Origin: Octopus sinensis | Taxonomy: Eukaryota | DNA: 64,000 bases | Assembly: GCF_006345805.1 (NCBI RefSeq) | Contig: NC_043003.1 | Coordinates: forward strand, 106,206,001 to 106,270,000 | Direction of reading: 5' to 3' | Translations under genes and position numbers: made by a program | Notes under the pieces: generated by a model | Databases searched by the model: none | What the model was told of the DNA's origin: nothing | Seen by the model: only the letters and a program-made list of their open reading frames with translations | Shown: one piece after another, positions 12,778 to 25,512 of the stretch | Layout: each line of letters opens with the position of its first letter | Position numbering within the stretch: the first letter of the stretch is position 1

Positions 12778-13424
12778 ACACTGGCATAGAAAAAAAATTC
12801 TATTTAACCCATTTAACTTCTCAATGTTTCAATCAAATCTCAACAAACACTTTAATCCTTTTAAAAGCAATCCAGATGAAACCAAAATTGGTTCCATGAC
12901 GCAAAACTTCCAGTCTTTAAATCAACAATGTTCTTTATAATGTTAACTAAGAAAAGTCAGGTATTTTACTAAATCTATTGCAATTCTTGGGTGGTATAGT
13001 TCATTAGAAATTTGGTAATGAGGAAATGCTAAAATCCCACTTTTAAAGGAGACTTATGCTGCTTAAAGGCCATTTTGACTGAAGAGACATTGTGCTTACC
13101 ATTAACCAATAAATGTGAATAGTTTTACTTTGAAATTCTGATTGAGTGTATAATTTAGTGAGTTGGTTCAGGTATGGCTGTGTGGTTAAGAAGCTTGCCT
13201 TGCAACCATGTGGTTTCAGGTTCAATCCCACTGTGTGACACTTAGGGCAAGTGTCTCCTACTATAGCCCCAGGCTGACCAATGCCTTGTGAGTGAATCTT
13301 GTAGATGGAAACAGAGTAGAGGTTCATTTTATAATTAGAATGTGGTAGAATCCTTCAATTGATTGTGGTAAAGACAGTTGGATGGTATTTTGCATAAACA
13401 ATGCTTTCTGGACTGGTGGTACGT

Positions 13425-13728
13425 AAAAAGCACTATCCGACTCGTGGCTGATGCCAGCGCCGCCTCGACTGGCTTCCGTGCTGGTGGCACGTAAAATGCA
13501 CTAATCCGACCGTGGCCGTTGCCAGCCTCGCCTGGCACCTGTGCAGGTGGCACGTAAAAAGCACCCACTACACTCACGGAGTGGTTGGCGTTAGGAAGGG
13601 CATCCAGCTGTAGAAACATTGTGAGATAAAACTGGAGCCTGGTGCAGCCTTCTGGCTTCCCAGATCCCCGGTCGAACCGTCCAACCCATGCCAGCAAGGA
13701 GAATGGACGTTAAACGATGTTGATGATG
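13425..13728 (+). mobile_element. RTE 3'-UTR copy
   Basis: Same core and units; tail gatgttgatgatg. Confidence 0.85.
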
Positions 13729-13929
13729 AAATGATAACTGATCAATAAAATTTATTAATCAAAGCAGCAATTACACTTCATCCTGTATCAAGATTAGAGA
13801 AAAAAAATTCTAAGATGACAAGCGCTACACAAATTCAGTATGAAAACAACAAATGTTGCCTACCATGTGGTAATCAAGTCTGTAAATGAAAGGAATGGAA
13901 GAAGTAATAAGCACTACAGCTGTTTCAAA

Positions 13930-14453
13930 AGGGACATTGAGTGTATATGGCCCAAACTGCTGACTTTTCTGATGGGATGCAGGTGTCGGATTGTTGAATG
14001 ACCAAATCCAAGCTTCTCTACTAGTTCCACAACAGAAGTTCCACCAGGGTTTGGAGGATGCCCATGTCAAGCTCTACAGATTTTCCAGGATGAGTCTCAT
14101 CTTCTAGGCTGTATTTTCCGGCTCAGAATTTCTGGAATCACCGTTGACACTGGCTTACGCTTATTGCCCAATCCTCATATACTGCATTACGCTTTCCATT
14201 GCGTTGTTGCCTTTATTGAACTCAAAAAGCAAAATATGCCGAATACGCTCCTTTGTCACTTCTATTACAGTTTTGAAAAAAATAACTGTTAAAATCTAAC
14301 TACACTCTTCAAAACTTGCACTAAGAATAAGGAGAAGGTAAAATTACTACCTGCTTTTATAGCAAGTTGATTCAGGTAGTTTATCTCGTCTCCCTCTGAC
14401 TTTTAGTTCATACCATTGAAAAAAAACCCACATTATTTATGGTATGACCCAAC
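13930..14453 (-). mobile_element. Mariner transposon 5' remnant
   Basis: EVTKERIRHILLFEFNKGNNA..SLEDETHPGKSVELD..EKLGFGHSTIRH (HTH region) with frameshifts; TIR-like tgttgggtcataccataaataatg next to a TA run. Confidence 0.8.
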
Positions 14454-15079
14454 ATATATATATATATATATATCTACACAAACGTACATACACATGTGTG
14501 TGTATCATCTGTGTGTGTTTCTGCTTACCACCCACCCACCCAAGACCACCACTTAATACTTTGGCAAAAGTGACTGATAGAATAAGTACTAGACTTTAAA
14601 AATATGTTCTAGGGTCATAAAATGAGGTATTGTGCAAGAACCTCATTCCTAAATTTCCAAGTTCAACCCCACTGAATGTGGTTCACTGTATTTGGGACAG
14701 AACATATATTTCTACAGATTTCAGTTCTGTTAGATGTTGAAAATACCCAACCTGTCTTCTGGGAAAATTGCCAGAATGAGAATGGCATCCAAATAACTGG
14801 CAGAGTGTTAATCTCTTGACATCAGTTCTAACTCTAGGAAACTGGAGTTAATGAAATACTGCTCTACCATCACAACTCTCAGAAAGTGAAGACTCTCAGA
14901 ATATCTGTAGAATTAATAGGCTCTAAATTCATTAATGTTCAGGGTTAAAAAATTGCAACATCAGCTGATAGATTATCCAAATCAAAAGAATCTACAACTC
15001 TATTCTGTCCTTTATCTTTTACTTGTTTCAGTCGTTAGACAGTGGCCACATCAACCTTGGTATTTGTGATTTTAAAGTT

Positions 15080-15562
15080 CAAGTACCCTTGATGCATCAG
15101 GTGATATGATATGCTTGAGAAGACCTGTTGAGTCGAGTAAAACCAAAATTGTAGCTGTGGCCAGTGCCCCCTGATTGGCTCCTGTTCTGATGGCACGTAA
15201 AATGCATCATCCAAACATGGTCAATGCCAGTGCCCCCTGATTGGCTCCTGTGCCGGTGGTACATAAAAAGCACCATCTGAACATGGTTGATGCCAGGTTC
15301 ACCTGACTGGCTTCCGTGCTGGTGGCATGTAAAAAGCATCACCTGACCGTGGCCCATGCCAGTGCTCTCTGACTGGCTTCCATGTCAGTGGCATGTAAAA
15401 AAGCACCCTCTACACTCTCGGAGTGGTTGGCATTAGGAAGGGCACCCAGCTGTAGAAACTGCCAGATCAGATTGGAGCCTGGTGCAGCCTTCTGGCTTGC
15501 AAGACCTCAGTCAAACCGTCCAACCCATGCCAGCATGGAAAACGGACATTAAACGATGATGA
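15080..15562 (+). mobile_element. RTE 3'-UTR copy with 4-5 tandem units
   Basis: Same core; gatgatg tail. Confidence 0.85.
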
Positions 15563-15662
15563 GTACTTATTCTGTCAATTTCTTTTGCCAAACTGCTAAG
15601 TTACAAGGCATGTGAACAAACCAATACTGGTTGTCACGTAATGGTGCTGGACAAGCACAAAG

Positions 15663-15693
<31 letters not shown>

Positions 15694-17177
15694 TGTGCAT
15701 ATGCGTGTGTAAACAATTTAATTGAAATGCTTACACTATACAAGGTTCTCCACAATTCAATGTTTAAGAGAGAGAGAAAAAACTGCAGTGTCAGTCTTTT
15801 TCTAACGAGTCAGATTGCAAAGCATATTGACTATTAGAACTGCCATATCAAATTACCGTTATTGTCATTCTGAATGTAAGAATTAAATACAGCTGCGAAA
15901 TTAGATAATGCACTCACATAGATACGCACGTGCACAATGTGGAAAATTAAAAGAATTCCAGTCAGAAAAATGGAGTCAAGTAATTTGAGAAAAAAAAAAA
16001 AAATTATAATAATAATAATAAACAATAAAAATAAAAATGCTACAGCTGCTGGACTAAATTTCTACTAAAGAAATTTTATATCTTTTAATCGTTTCAGTCA
16101 TAAAACTGTGGCCATGCTGGGGCACTGCCTTGAATTTTAATTGAAGAATGAACCAGTGTACTTTTTTTTTTTAAAGCTGGTACTTATTCTATTGGTCTCT
16201 TTTGCTGAACCACTAAGTTACAGAGATGTAAACACACACACACACACACATATGATAGGCTTTCTTTCAGTTTCCATTGACCAAATCCATTCACAGGTGC
16301 CATGCAGTAGGGCTGAACTTGGAACCTTGAGGTTGGGAGGCAAACCTATTACCACACAACCATTACAGAATGGTCATTAAACAAATAAATATATGATAAA
16401 ATGCAACATAAATGAAGAAAACAAGCAAACAAAAAAAGAGAAAAACAAAGGAATGAATGGAAATTCCTTTAAATTTTAGTTGAAGACCAGCAGTTTTGTG
16501 GGGAGGGGGTTAGTTGATTACGTGGAGCCCAGAGCTTGATTGGTTCTTTATCAAGCCTTAAAGGATGAAAGAAGCAAAGTCTACCTCATCAGGATTTGAA
16601 CTCAGAAAGTAGAGAGCTGAAGAAATGCTGCAACACATTTTGTCCAAAACACTAACAATTCCATCAGCTCAGCACCTGAATGAACCAAAATTACAAAGAT
16701 AAACACACGCTTGGATCATCACCGCTTCCTTATTTCCAACACAAAGACATTTGTAGGGGTCAATGAAGGAAAATCTTCCTGAAATTACAGCTTACTGTCA
16801 TAATAGAAATGACACATTCGATAATGTAGTCCTAGATACATCACAACAGAAATGCCTTTGCTAGTTCAGGACTGACAGAGTTACACAGCAACCACAACAG
16901 CTAACACATCTATTCTCATTTATTATGGGTATTTGGTTAAAATATTTTTTTACTAACCCCACCATGTTAAATGAATCAATGATTAATGAGTAACAGAACA
17001 TACATAAAAAAAGTAGGTTTTGTTCTGAGACCCCAAGTTGTCCTGAGCATTAAGGACGGTTGCTGGGGCATGCTTTTGGGGTTTAACCAGAATCGTTGGT
17101 TGCTAACCTGTTATCACAGATCAATTCCTGGTAAGCATAACATGATTCACAATGAACATACTGTGTTATAGTGGATC

Positions 17178-17540
17178 GTGGAGGTGCAATGGCCCAGTGG
17201 TTAGGGCAGTGGACTCGCGGTCATAGGATCGCGGTTTCGATTCCCAGACCGGGCGTTGTGAGTGTTTATTGAGCGAAAACACCTAAAGTTCCACGAGGCT
17301 CCGGCAGGGATGGTGGTGATCCCTGCTGTACTCTTTCACCACAACTTTCTCTCACTCTTACTTCCTGTTTCCGTTCTACCTGTATTTCAAAGGGCCGGCC
17401 TTGTCACTCTCTGTGTCACGCTGAATATCCCCGAGAACTACGTTAAGGGTACACGTGTCTGTGGAGTGCTCAGCCACTTACACGTTAATGTCACGAGCAG
17501 GCTGTTCCGTTGATCGGATCAACCGGAACCCTCGTCGTCG
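17178..17540 (+). mobile_element. SINE family D, alternative long tail
   Basis: Same head and centre as 4461-4752, different 3' half. Confidence 0.85.
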
Positions 17541-17782
17541 TAACCGATGGAGTGCTTCCATCCCATCATGGATCAGTGATGAATGAATCAATGTTAAACA
17601 AGGATAACTGCAGTTAACTTAATTTATCAGATGCCTTTAGCAGAATCCACTCTTATTGTAAATGTTTGGGGTCAGGTCTCCAGTCTAAGTATAACTCCAT
17701 CACTTCTTCCAACTCCTCTCAAAGTCCCTGATAAAAGTGATGGCCACTATATTACCTACACTACCTCCATAAACGTACCCAT

Positions 17783-18177
17783 TCTTTTATTCTTTTACTT
17801 GTTTCAGTCATTTGAGTGTGTCCATGCTGGAGCACCACCTTTAATTGAACAAATTGACCCTAGGACTTATTCTTTGTAAGCCTAGTACTTATTCTATTGG
17901 TGTCTAAGTTGTGGGGATGTAAATACACCAACATCGATTGTCAAGCAACGACAGGTGGGGGGCAAATACAGACACACAAATACATACATACATAAATATA
18001 TATATATATATATATATATATGCGTGTGTGATGTGCTTCTTTCAGTTTCCATCCACCAAATCCACTTTGGCCAGCCTGAGGCTATATTAGAAGACACTTG
18101 CCCAAGGTGCCACACAGTGGGACTGAACCCTGAGCCATGTGGTTGGGAAGCAAACTTCTTACCACACAGCCATGCCT
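17783..18177 (-). mobile_element. SINE family A, left arm of an inverted pair
   Basis: Older, more diverged copy. Confidence 0.85.
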
Positions 18178-18198
18178 GAATATTTAAAAATTTCCAAA

Positions 18199-18513
18199 AC
18201 ACATGGTTTGGAGTTCAGTTCCACTGTGTGGCACCTTGGGCAAGTGTCTTGCGAGTGGATTTGGTAGACAGAAACTGAAAGAAGCCTGTCATATATATGT
18301 ATGTATATATTTGTGCGTTTGTGTCTGTGTTTGTTTCCCTACCATCGCTTGACAACTGATGTTGGTGTGTTTACATCCCAGTAGCTTAGCAATTTGGCAA
18401 AAGACTGATAAATACCAAGCTTACAAGGAATAAGTCCAGGGGTCAATTTCTTCAACTAAAAGGCGGTGCTCTAGCATGGCCACAGTCAAAATGACTGAAA
18501 CAAATAAAAGAAT
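18199..18513 (+). mobile_element. SINE family A, right arm of an inverted pair
   Basis: Head partly truncated; opposite orientation to 17783-18177. Confidence 0.85.
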
Positions 18514-19349
18514 ACCATATACATGTACTATAGACATCTCTGCACAGAGATTTCCTTTCACTTCTCATCTTCCGCAGCAGTAATAGTTTTACTGTATCCA
18601 TTTGTGTATAACATGCACTCTTTTCAATTCTAAACTTTAAGAGTGTGTATTATACATGATCAGCAAAAGTCAATCAATTTTCCAGTCTTATTGACCAAGT
18701 TAAGAGATGTGTGATAAGAGTTTAAATTGCTATATTAATGTTATTTGCTAGTGATAATACGTTAAATAAGTATACCAACATTAGAGATCATATTGTTCAA
18801 CATTGTTTACTATTTACTAACACATTAAAAAAAAGTCAAAAGCATCATGACAAACCAAAACAAAACAAAAAGGTGAAAAGTCCATCATCCCTCTTCACAA
18901 GTTGCTGCTTATCTTAGTTTATGCATTTGTACAACAATATCATCATCATTGCATAACATCCACTTTTCTAAGCTTGCATGGGGTCAGACAAATTTGATCA
19001 GGAAGATTTTCTTCGGCTGGATGCCCTTCCTAATAATGAAAGTATAAAATTCTGGACAATCCCTTTGAAAATTATTGGCAGTAATGCTTTTTAACACCTT
19101 TTTTTAATAGTCTACACAAATAAAGTTCAAAGGTTAATTTTTGAAATTGGTTTTTGTTAGGTTTAGGATAGATGAACTCTTTCAATGTGTTTTATACAGC
19201 AATTATAATAAAACTGACTACTTTTGTTTCCAAGTATCATAATACTAAACAGTTAGTATATACTGTGCACGAAATAGGTTTTCAGAGATACCATTGTCCA
19301 TATTAACGGTGCAGATTATACATGAATGTATATTATTTATGAACAAACT

Positions 19350-19634
19350 AGCAGTATTGCTCGGGTTTGTAAGGGAAATAACTATATAAGCATTTTTAGA
19401 GAGTTGCTTCCCTTATATAATAGCAAAAAAATGCATTAAAAATGGGAAAAAATTATGGTAATTTTTTTTTTAAATCGTAGACTCATCATAGACACGCACT
19501 AATACCCAGAAGGGCTCGATATGAATCACGACTATAAGATACCCGCTTTTGGTTAAACTGCACCGCAAAATGTGGGAGTAGTTAGGAATCTAAATCGTAG
19601 GAGACAGACACAACTTCACTTATATATATAAAGC
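19350..19634 (-). mobile_element. Same Helitron family, single internal unit, hairpin partly deleted
   Basis: Reverse complement of 48752-49150; CTAG end at 19350. Confidence 0.85.
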
Positions 19635-19892
19635 TATTGTATAAGTTTTCTTTATTTTAAGTATTGACAAATCTGAGATCAATTGCTGATATAAGATTAT
19701 AATTTTGTAGACTCTTGATCTCATGTTTTAGAGATGTCACTGACTTAATGCTACTGCTGTTAGTATCCAAAAATAAGACATTTTTGCTGATGATTAGAGA
19801 TGAAACCAAATGATATGATGTGTTGATGCAAATAATCAAAGTTTTTTTTCATTTCTGAAGACAAGGTTACTAATTTCTTTCTTTATCCATAC

Positions 19893-20005
19893 CTGCTGTA
19901 ATTCTTTTTTATGGTGCCATAGCTAGCTGTGTGTAGTGTGGAGTTCTTGGTCTCGTGTGATTGGATTGATTGGGAGTCTGGTTGGTGATTGTTGTTAGTG
20001 ACATT
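19893..20005 (-). CDS. SH3PX1: Sorting nexin linker exon (NVTNNNHQPDSQ...ASYGTIKKNYS-R)
   Basis: 113 nt, phase 0-2; tttttgtttcag acceptor, gtatgg donor; GTIKKNYSR matches the family GTVKKxxNRF motif and joins in frame to exon 9215. Confidence 0.88.
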
Positions 20006-20594
20006 CTGAAACAAAAAGCAACAAAACACAAACACATTTATAAAAATTACAACAGGAACAAAAACATCAAAAATAATTGACACAAGAAAGAAATAAACAA
20101 AACATACAAAAGAACATAAACACTAGTAAAAATGACAACACTGAAGACAAAGATAAGAACAAGAATGATGAGAAGAACAACAACAAAACCAATGATGGCA
20201 ATAGCTACAACAACAAGATGTACTTTGCAATGGGTTTAAATACAAGGGTCACATACTGAAGCTTCAGGACAACCCCTGTTTCTAGTCTCACTTCAAGGAT
20301 GTCTCGCACTATCAGTCTAAGCATCTTTTATACTTTTCTCTGCTAGAGAGCTGCATAGATAGCCAGGCAACTAACATGAGAGTTGTTTCCCTTGCTTTCG
20401 TGTGTTTCTTGGCAACACAAGGCAGCAGGAAAACAAGATAACAACAACAACAACAAAGCATTGAGATAAATGGTGGCAACAAAAATAATGACAGCCACAA
20501 CAGTGATGACATGCAGCAGATGCTAAGATCCCAGGGTCTGTTAAGAGCAGAGGTTAGCTATGGTTTTAGGAGAAAAGGTAGCCCCACAAATCCT

Positions 20595-21075
20595 CATCAT
20601 TGTCTAACGTCCGTTTTCCATGCAAGTATAGGTTGGATGGTTTGACTAGGGACTGGCAAGCCATGAGGCCGCGCCAGGGTCCAATCTGATCAGGCAATGT
20701 TTCTACAGCCGGACGCCCTTTCTAATGCTTTTTATGTGCGCCACTGGCATGGGAGCCAATCAGGCAGCACTGGCATCGGACACATTCGGATGGTGCTTTT
20801 TACGTGCTACCAGCACAGGAGCCAGTCTGGGGGAGTGGGGACTGACATCGACCGCGTTTGGATGGTGCTTTTCATGCACCACCGACACGGGGGGCGAGTC
20901 AGGCAGCACAGGCAATGACCCATGCATGAATGGTGCTTATTGCGTGCCACCATCTTGAGAGCCTGTCAGGTGGCATGAGCATCAGCCACAACTACAGTTT
21001 CCATTTTTGATTGTGATTTGATTTTTGATTTTACTTGACTCAATAGGTCTCCTCAATCATGGTGTGTCGCCTGAC
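20595..21075 (-). mobile_element. RTE 3'-UTR copy
   Basis: Same core and about 4 units. Confidence 0.8.
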
Positions 21076-21954
21076 AAGTCAAAGGTAGTCATGCGGCACT
21101 GGTATAGGCTATGGTTGTGTTCTCACTTTTCTTGCCGAGTCTTCTCAATCTCAGCCGGTTACGGTTTCTTGTCATTGCTTATTTGTCTGGAAAACAGGTT
21201 AGACTCACAAAACCAGCAGTGCAGCTAACATTCCAGCTAAGTGAACTGAACATGAAGTGGACTGCTCAAATGTACCACAAAATACCTCAACAGATTTTAC
21301 AATGATCAAAGGACTTATAGGACACCTCTGCATCACAATCATCAAAGCATGGCAGTTGTAAATGAATGTCACTGTCATACAAGCAGTGTTATACATTTCC
21401 AATATTTCACAAAAACATGTCTGGCCATAGAGAAACATTACCTTACTTGGAAACAAGCAAGGGTTAGCAACAGGAAGGGCATCTGGCAGTAGATCTGCTT
21501 CAATAAAATCCACCTGACTCATTCAAGCATGGGAAAGTGGACATTAAAATGATGATGAACTACAAAAGCTGTGTGAGGTTACAGTGCTGAACTACTGACT
21601 ATAAGAGAAAAATTTCAAACTTTACAATATACTAACTTTACTACAGTCAGTATATTGTATCATTAAACAAAGTATACAATTCCACTTGCCCAGTCAGTGG
21701 TCAATGAAATGAAGGGCAACTAGCTGTCAAAAAAATATTTTGACAACATGCAAATTTACACTTGTGGCTAGCTTGAAAATAGTACTTGTTAGTTCTATAA
21801 ACCTTTTAGTTAATATTAACACTTAAGAACCAATCTCACTGAAGTTATTCATGAGAGAAATACATTGAGGTAGTTTCCCATCAACTATTCTAAATCAGCT
21901 GAAACACTCGTCAGTTTTGCAGTGCTGCCATTGTTAACATTTTGGATTGTAGGG

Positions 21955-22438
21955 CAACCTGCTTGAGGAGACCTATTGAGTCAAGTACAACATCAACAAC
22001 AATATCAAAATCAAATCACAATGAAATGGAAATTGTAGTTGTGGTCCCTGTGCCAGAGGCACGTAAAAAGCACCATCCAAACATTGTCAATGCCAACCCC
22101 TTTGCCCCAACTGGTTTTTGTGCCAGTGGCATGTAAAAAGCACCATCCGAACGTGGTCGATGCCAGCCCCCACCCCAACTGGCCCCCGTGTCGGTGGCAC
22201 GTAAAAAGTACCATCCGATTATGATCGATGCCAGCCCCCTCTAGCCCCTGTGCCGGTGGAACATAAAAAGCACCCACTACACTCTCTGAGTGGTTGGCAT
22301 TAGGAAGGCATTCAGCTGTAGAAACACTGCCAGATCAGACTGATGCCTGGTGCAGCCTCCTGGCTTTCCAGACCCCAGTCAAACCGTCCAACTCATGCCA
22401 GCATGGAAAACGGACATTAAAAGATGATGATGATGATG
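21955..22438 (+). mobile_element. RTE 3'-UTR copy
   Basis: Same core, about 4 units, (GAT)n tail. Confidence 0.85.
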
Positions 22439-22804
22439 TATCTATGAGCAGAGTGCTTCACTCTCAAATGTCTCAGTAAATAGTCACTAAGTATCATTTC
22501 TTTTGGAATTTTTACCATGTGTAATGTATTAGACAGCCATGTAGATGTCAATGTCACTGCATCCAAGCTATCGAATTTGACCTGATCACCATATTAATTC
22601 CAAAGAAAGTCCAGTTGCATTGATCTTAACATTCTAATGTTTTCTTCCTTTGCCAATTACTGCATACTGCAGTGGTTAATTTCATCAATTTTGCCTTTTT
22701 AAAAGGAGTTTACGTCAGACCCATATCAAACACTGCTTGCTGAATGAATTCAAAAGGAAATCTTCAGCAATGAAAGTGTCAAGAAATATTTGTTCTGTCT
22801 ATAG

Positions 22805-23291
22805 GCCTTTGCCAGCCTCGCCTGGCCCCCGTACCAGTAGCACGTAAAAAGCAACATCCGTCCGTGGCCGTTTGCCAGCTCCGTCTGGCACCTGTGCGGG
22901 TGGCACGTAAAAAGCACCCACTACACTCACGGAGTGGTTGGCGTTAGGAATGGCATCCAGCTGTAGAAACACTGCCAGATCAGACTGGGCCTGATGCAGC
23001 CTTCTGGCTTCACAGACCCCAGTTGAACCGTCCAACCCATGCTAGCATGGAAAGCGGATGCTAAATGATGATGATATAGAAGACAGGACCAAAAAGCACC
23101 TGAGCTGGTGCCATGTGAAAAGCACACGGTACACTTTGTAAAGTGGTTGGCATTAGGCAAGGGATCTAGCTGTAGAAACATTACCAAAACAGACAATTGG
23201 AGCCTGTTGCAGTCCCCCAGCTGACCAGCTTGTGTCAAACTGTCCAACCCATGCCAGGATGGAAAACAGATGTCAAATGATGACGATGATG
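22805..23291 (+). mobile_element. Two tandem RTE 3'-UTR copies (22805-23075 and degenerate 23090-23291)
   Basis: Two successive cores, each ending in (GAT)n. Confidence 0.8.
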
Positions 23292-23721
23292 TAAATGAAG
23301 TTTTAATTGACTGAACAGGCTAACAAGGGTTTAGTCATTTTAGCTTGAGAATTTTTCTCTTACAGGTTCCCCCTCAACGTAGACAACAAAGTTCTGTCAA
23401 TAATGGAGCTTCTGAAAACCATAGTTGAAGAGAATTCAAAACAAACTGCATGCAAATGTTTTGTGGTGCCGTGAATCGAATGAAGGAAATATTCGAATAC
23501 GAGGGTGGTTATTCATGTTGGACTACAACATAGAAGATATACCGGAAAATATAGGATATGATGAACTAACTAAAAAATACGGCATTGGTATACCGGTGGA
23601 CAAATGGAATTGAAAGAAATAAGAGACGCAGTTGGGGCAGGTGGCTCATCTCCATTTATCATTTTCATGCATTATATCACTCATTATATCACTCAAGGAA
23701 ATTGATAACGTTTGAACTGAC

Positions 23722-23955
23722 CTGTGTTGTTGCAGTGCCGCAACTAGAAGCATCATCATCATAGTCATCATCCCAATCATCATCGTCCCAATCGTCAAAA
23801 CTGGCTTGTTTGGGGGGTGCCGATGGCTGGATTGGCTGGGAGATAAAACTTCCACTACCATGGTTCCTTGTGACATCATTATATTGGTAACTGCTGTTCT
23901 GAAACTGTTGAGGGACAGGAGGTGGAGGAAAAGATGGTTCTGGAAGAGAATAGAT
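23722..23955 (-). CDS. SH3PX1: Sorting nexin low-complexity exon (IYSLPEPSFPPPPVP...FDDWDDDDWDDDYDDD...TTQ)
   Basis: 234 nt, phase 0-0; ttttccag acceptor, gtcagt donor; EPSFPPPP and acidic DWDD motifs typical of the SNX9-family LC region. Confidence 0.92.
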
Positions 23956-25169
23956 CTGGAAAATACAAAAATTTGGGAAATATATAAATAAATGATTTAT
24001 CTCAATAAAAGAAATTAATATGTTAAAATATATAAAAGAGAATGTAGGTCAATATATTCCAAGATTTTGGTCACAAGTTTGGATTTATGGAACTGAAATT
24101 TTGCATAGCAGCACATCTTTTCAAAGAGGAGGGCAATGACTATGTAACCCTTTTTTTTTATGATTTTGTTCCAAACAAGTCTTGAGGCCATTGTAATGTA
24201 AGGGATAACAAAGAGGGAGAAGAAATCCAAAAGATGTTAATTGACAAAGAGCTTAAAGGACTAAACATTAGAGACCAGAAGAAAACAAGATGATGGTAAT
24301 GTGTTTCAAAGAGCAGAAGTTTGAGGAAAGAAGTTGTTAGAATAAACAGATTTATGTCTAACAGGAAGATCAACAGAGAAATGATGCACCTGGGAAGAGA
24401 AATGAGTGACACAGATGCTTATTAATTCGCTTTTGTTTTAATTAACCATACATTATCTCATAGCTTTGATATTTCAATGATGTGTTTATTTATAGAATGT
24501 CACTGTAGGGTAAGTGTAAGAGGCTGGATCTCATCAGTTTGAACACAACAGTGGTAGTATATTTGGACTGGATGTGGTTGGTTTAAATGCTAAAAGGTTA
24601 AAATTCTTGACAGAAGGTACCAGACCAGGAAGTTCGGAGCTAATGGACATGGCAATACTTGTAGAAAAGACAGCAAAGATACATTTTGGCAATGAGCCAA
24701 AGAATCCAACCTGGTAGAAAGAGGAGGAACCATTTTGTTAAACAACTTGGTTCTGGATCCCGTCATGCAAGGAGAACACTCAGAAAAGTGTTCTTTTGAA
24801 TTCCAGATGGTTTTCATATTGTCTTTCAAAGCAATCTCCACTTCTCATGTAACTTTATACTTTAAGAAGGATTATCTAACACTTGGATCCTCTGTTTGCT
24901 TCACCCACATGAATGGGTAAAACCTTGAACAAAGCTGCACAGAAATGTCTGTGGGATGAATATGTATTGAAAGAGAATCAACTAAATGTATGTGAATGCT
25001 TCATCAAAGGAGATTAGGACACTTATGCAGCAGAAACACGTGTCGGATTGGAATCTAGTATGAATTTAATGAGAACAATACAGCAATAAACAAATTTTGA
25101 AGATGTGTATGCCAGTGGGTGTAACCAGCCCACTTATGAGTACCCCTCATTCACTGGACAATGAACTTT

Positions 25170-25512
25170 GCTTGTGAAGACCTATTGAGGCAAGTGAAAT
25201 CAAAATCACTGATGTGGCCGATGACAGCACCGCCTAATTGGCACTCGTGCCAGTAGAACGATAGAAGCACATCCGAGCATGATTGTTGCCAGGGCTACGG
25301 ATTGGCTCCCGTGCCGGTGGCACATGAAAAGCAGCATTCGAGCGTGAACGTTGCCAGTGTCTTGAAGTAGTTGGCGTTAGGAAACGCATCAAGCTGTAGA
25401 AACTTTGCCAGATCAGATTGGAGCCTGGTGCAGCCTTCTGGCTCACCAGTCCTCAGTCAAACTGTCCAACCCATGTCAGCATGGAAAGCAGACGTTAAAC
25501 GATGATGATGAT
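25170..25512 (+). mobile_element. RTE 3'-UTR copy with internal deletion
   Basis: Same core and tail. Confidence 0.8.
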
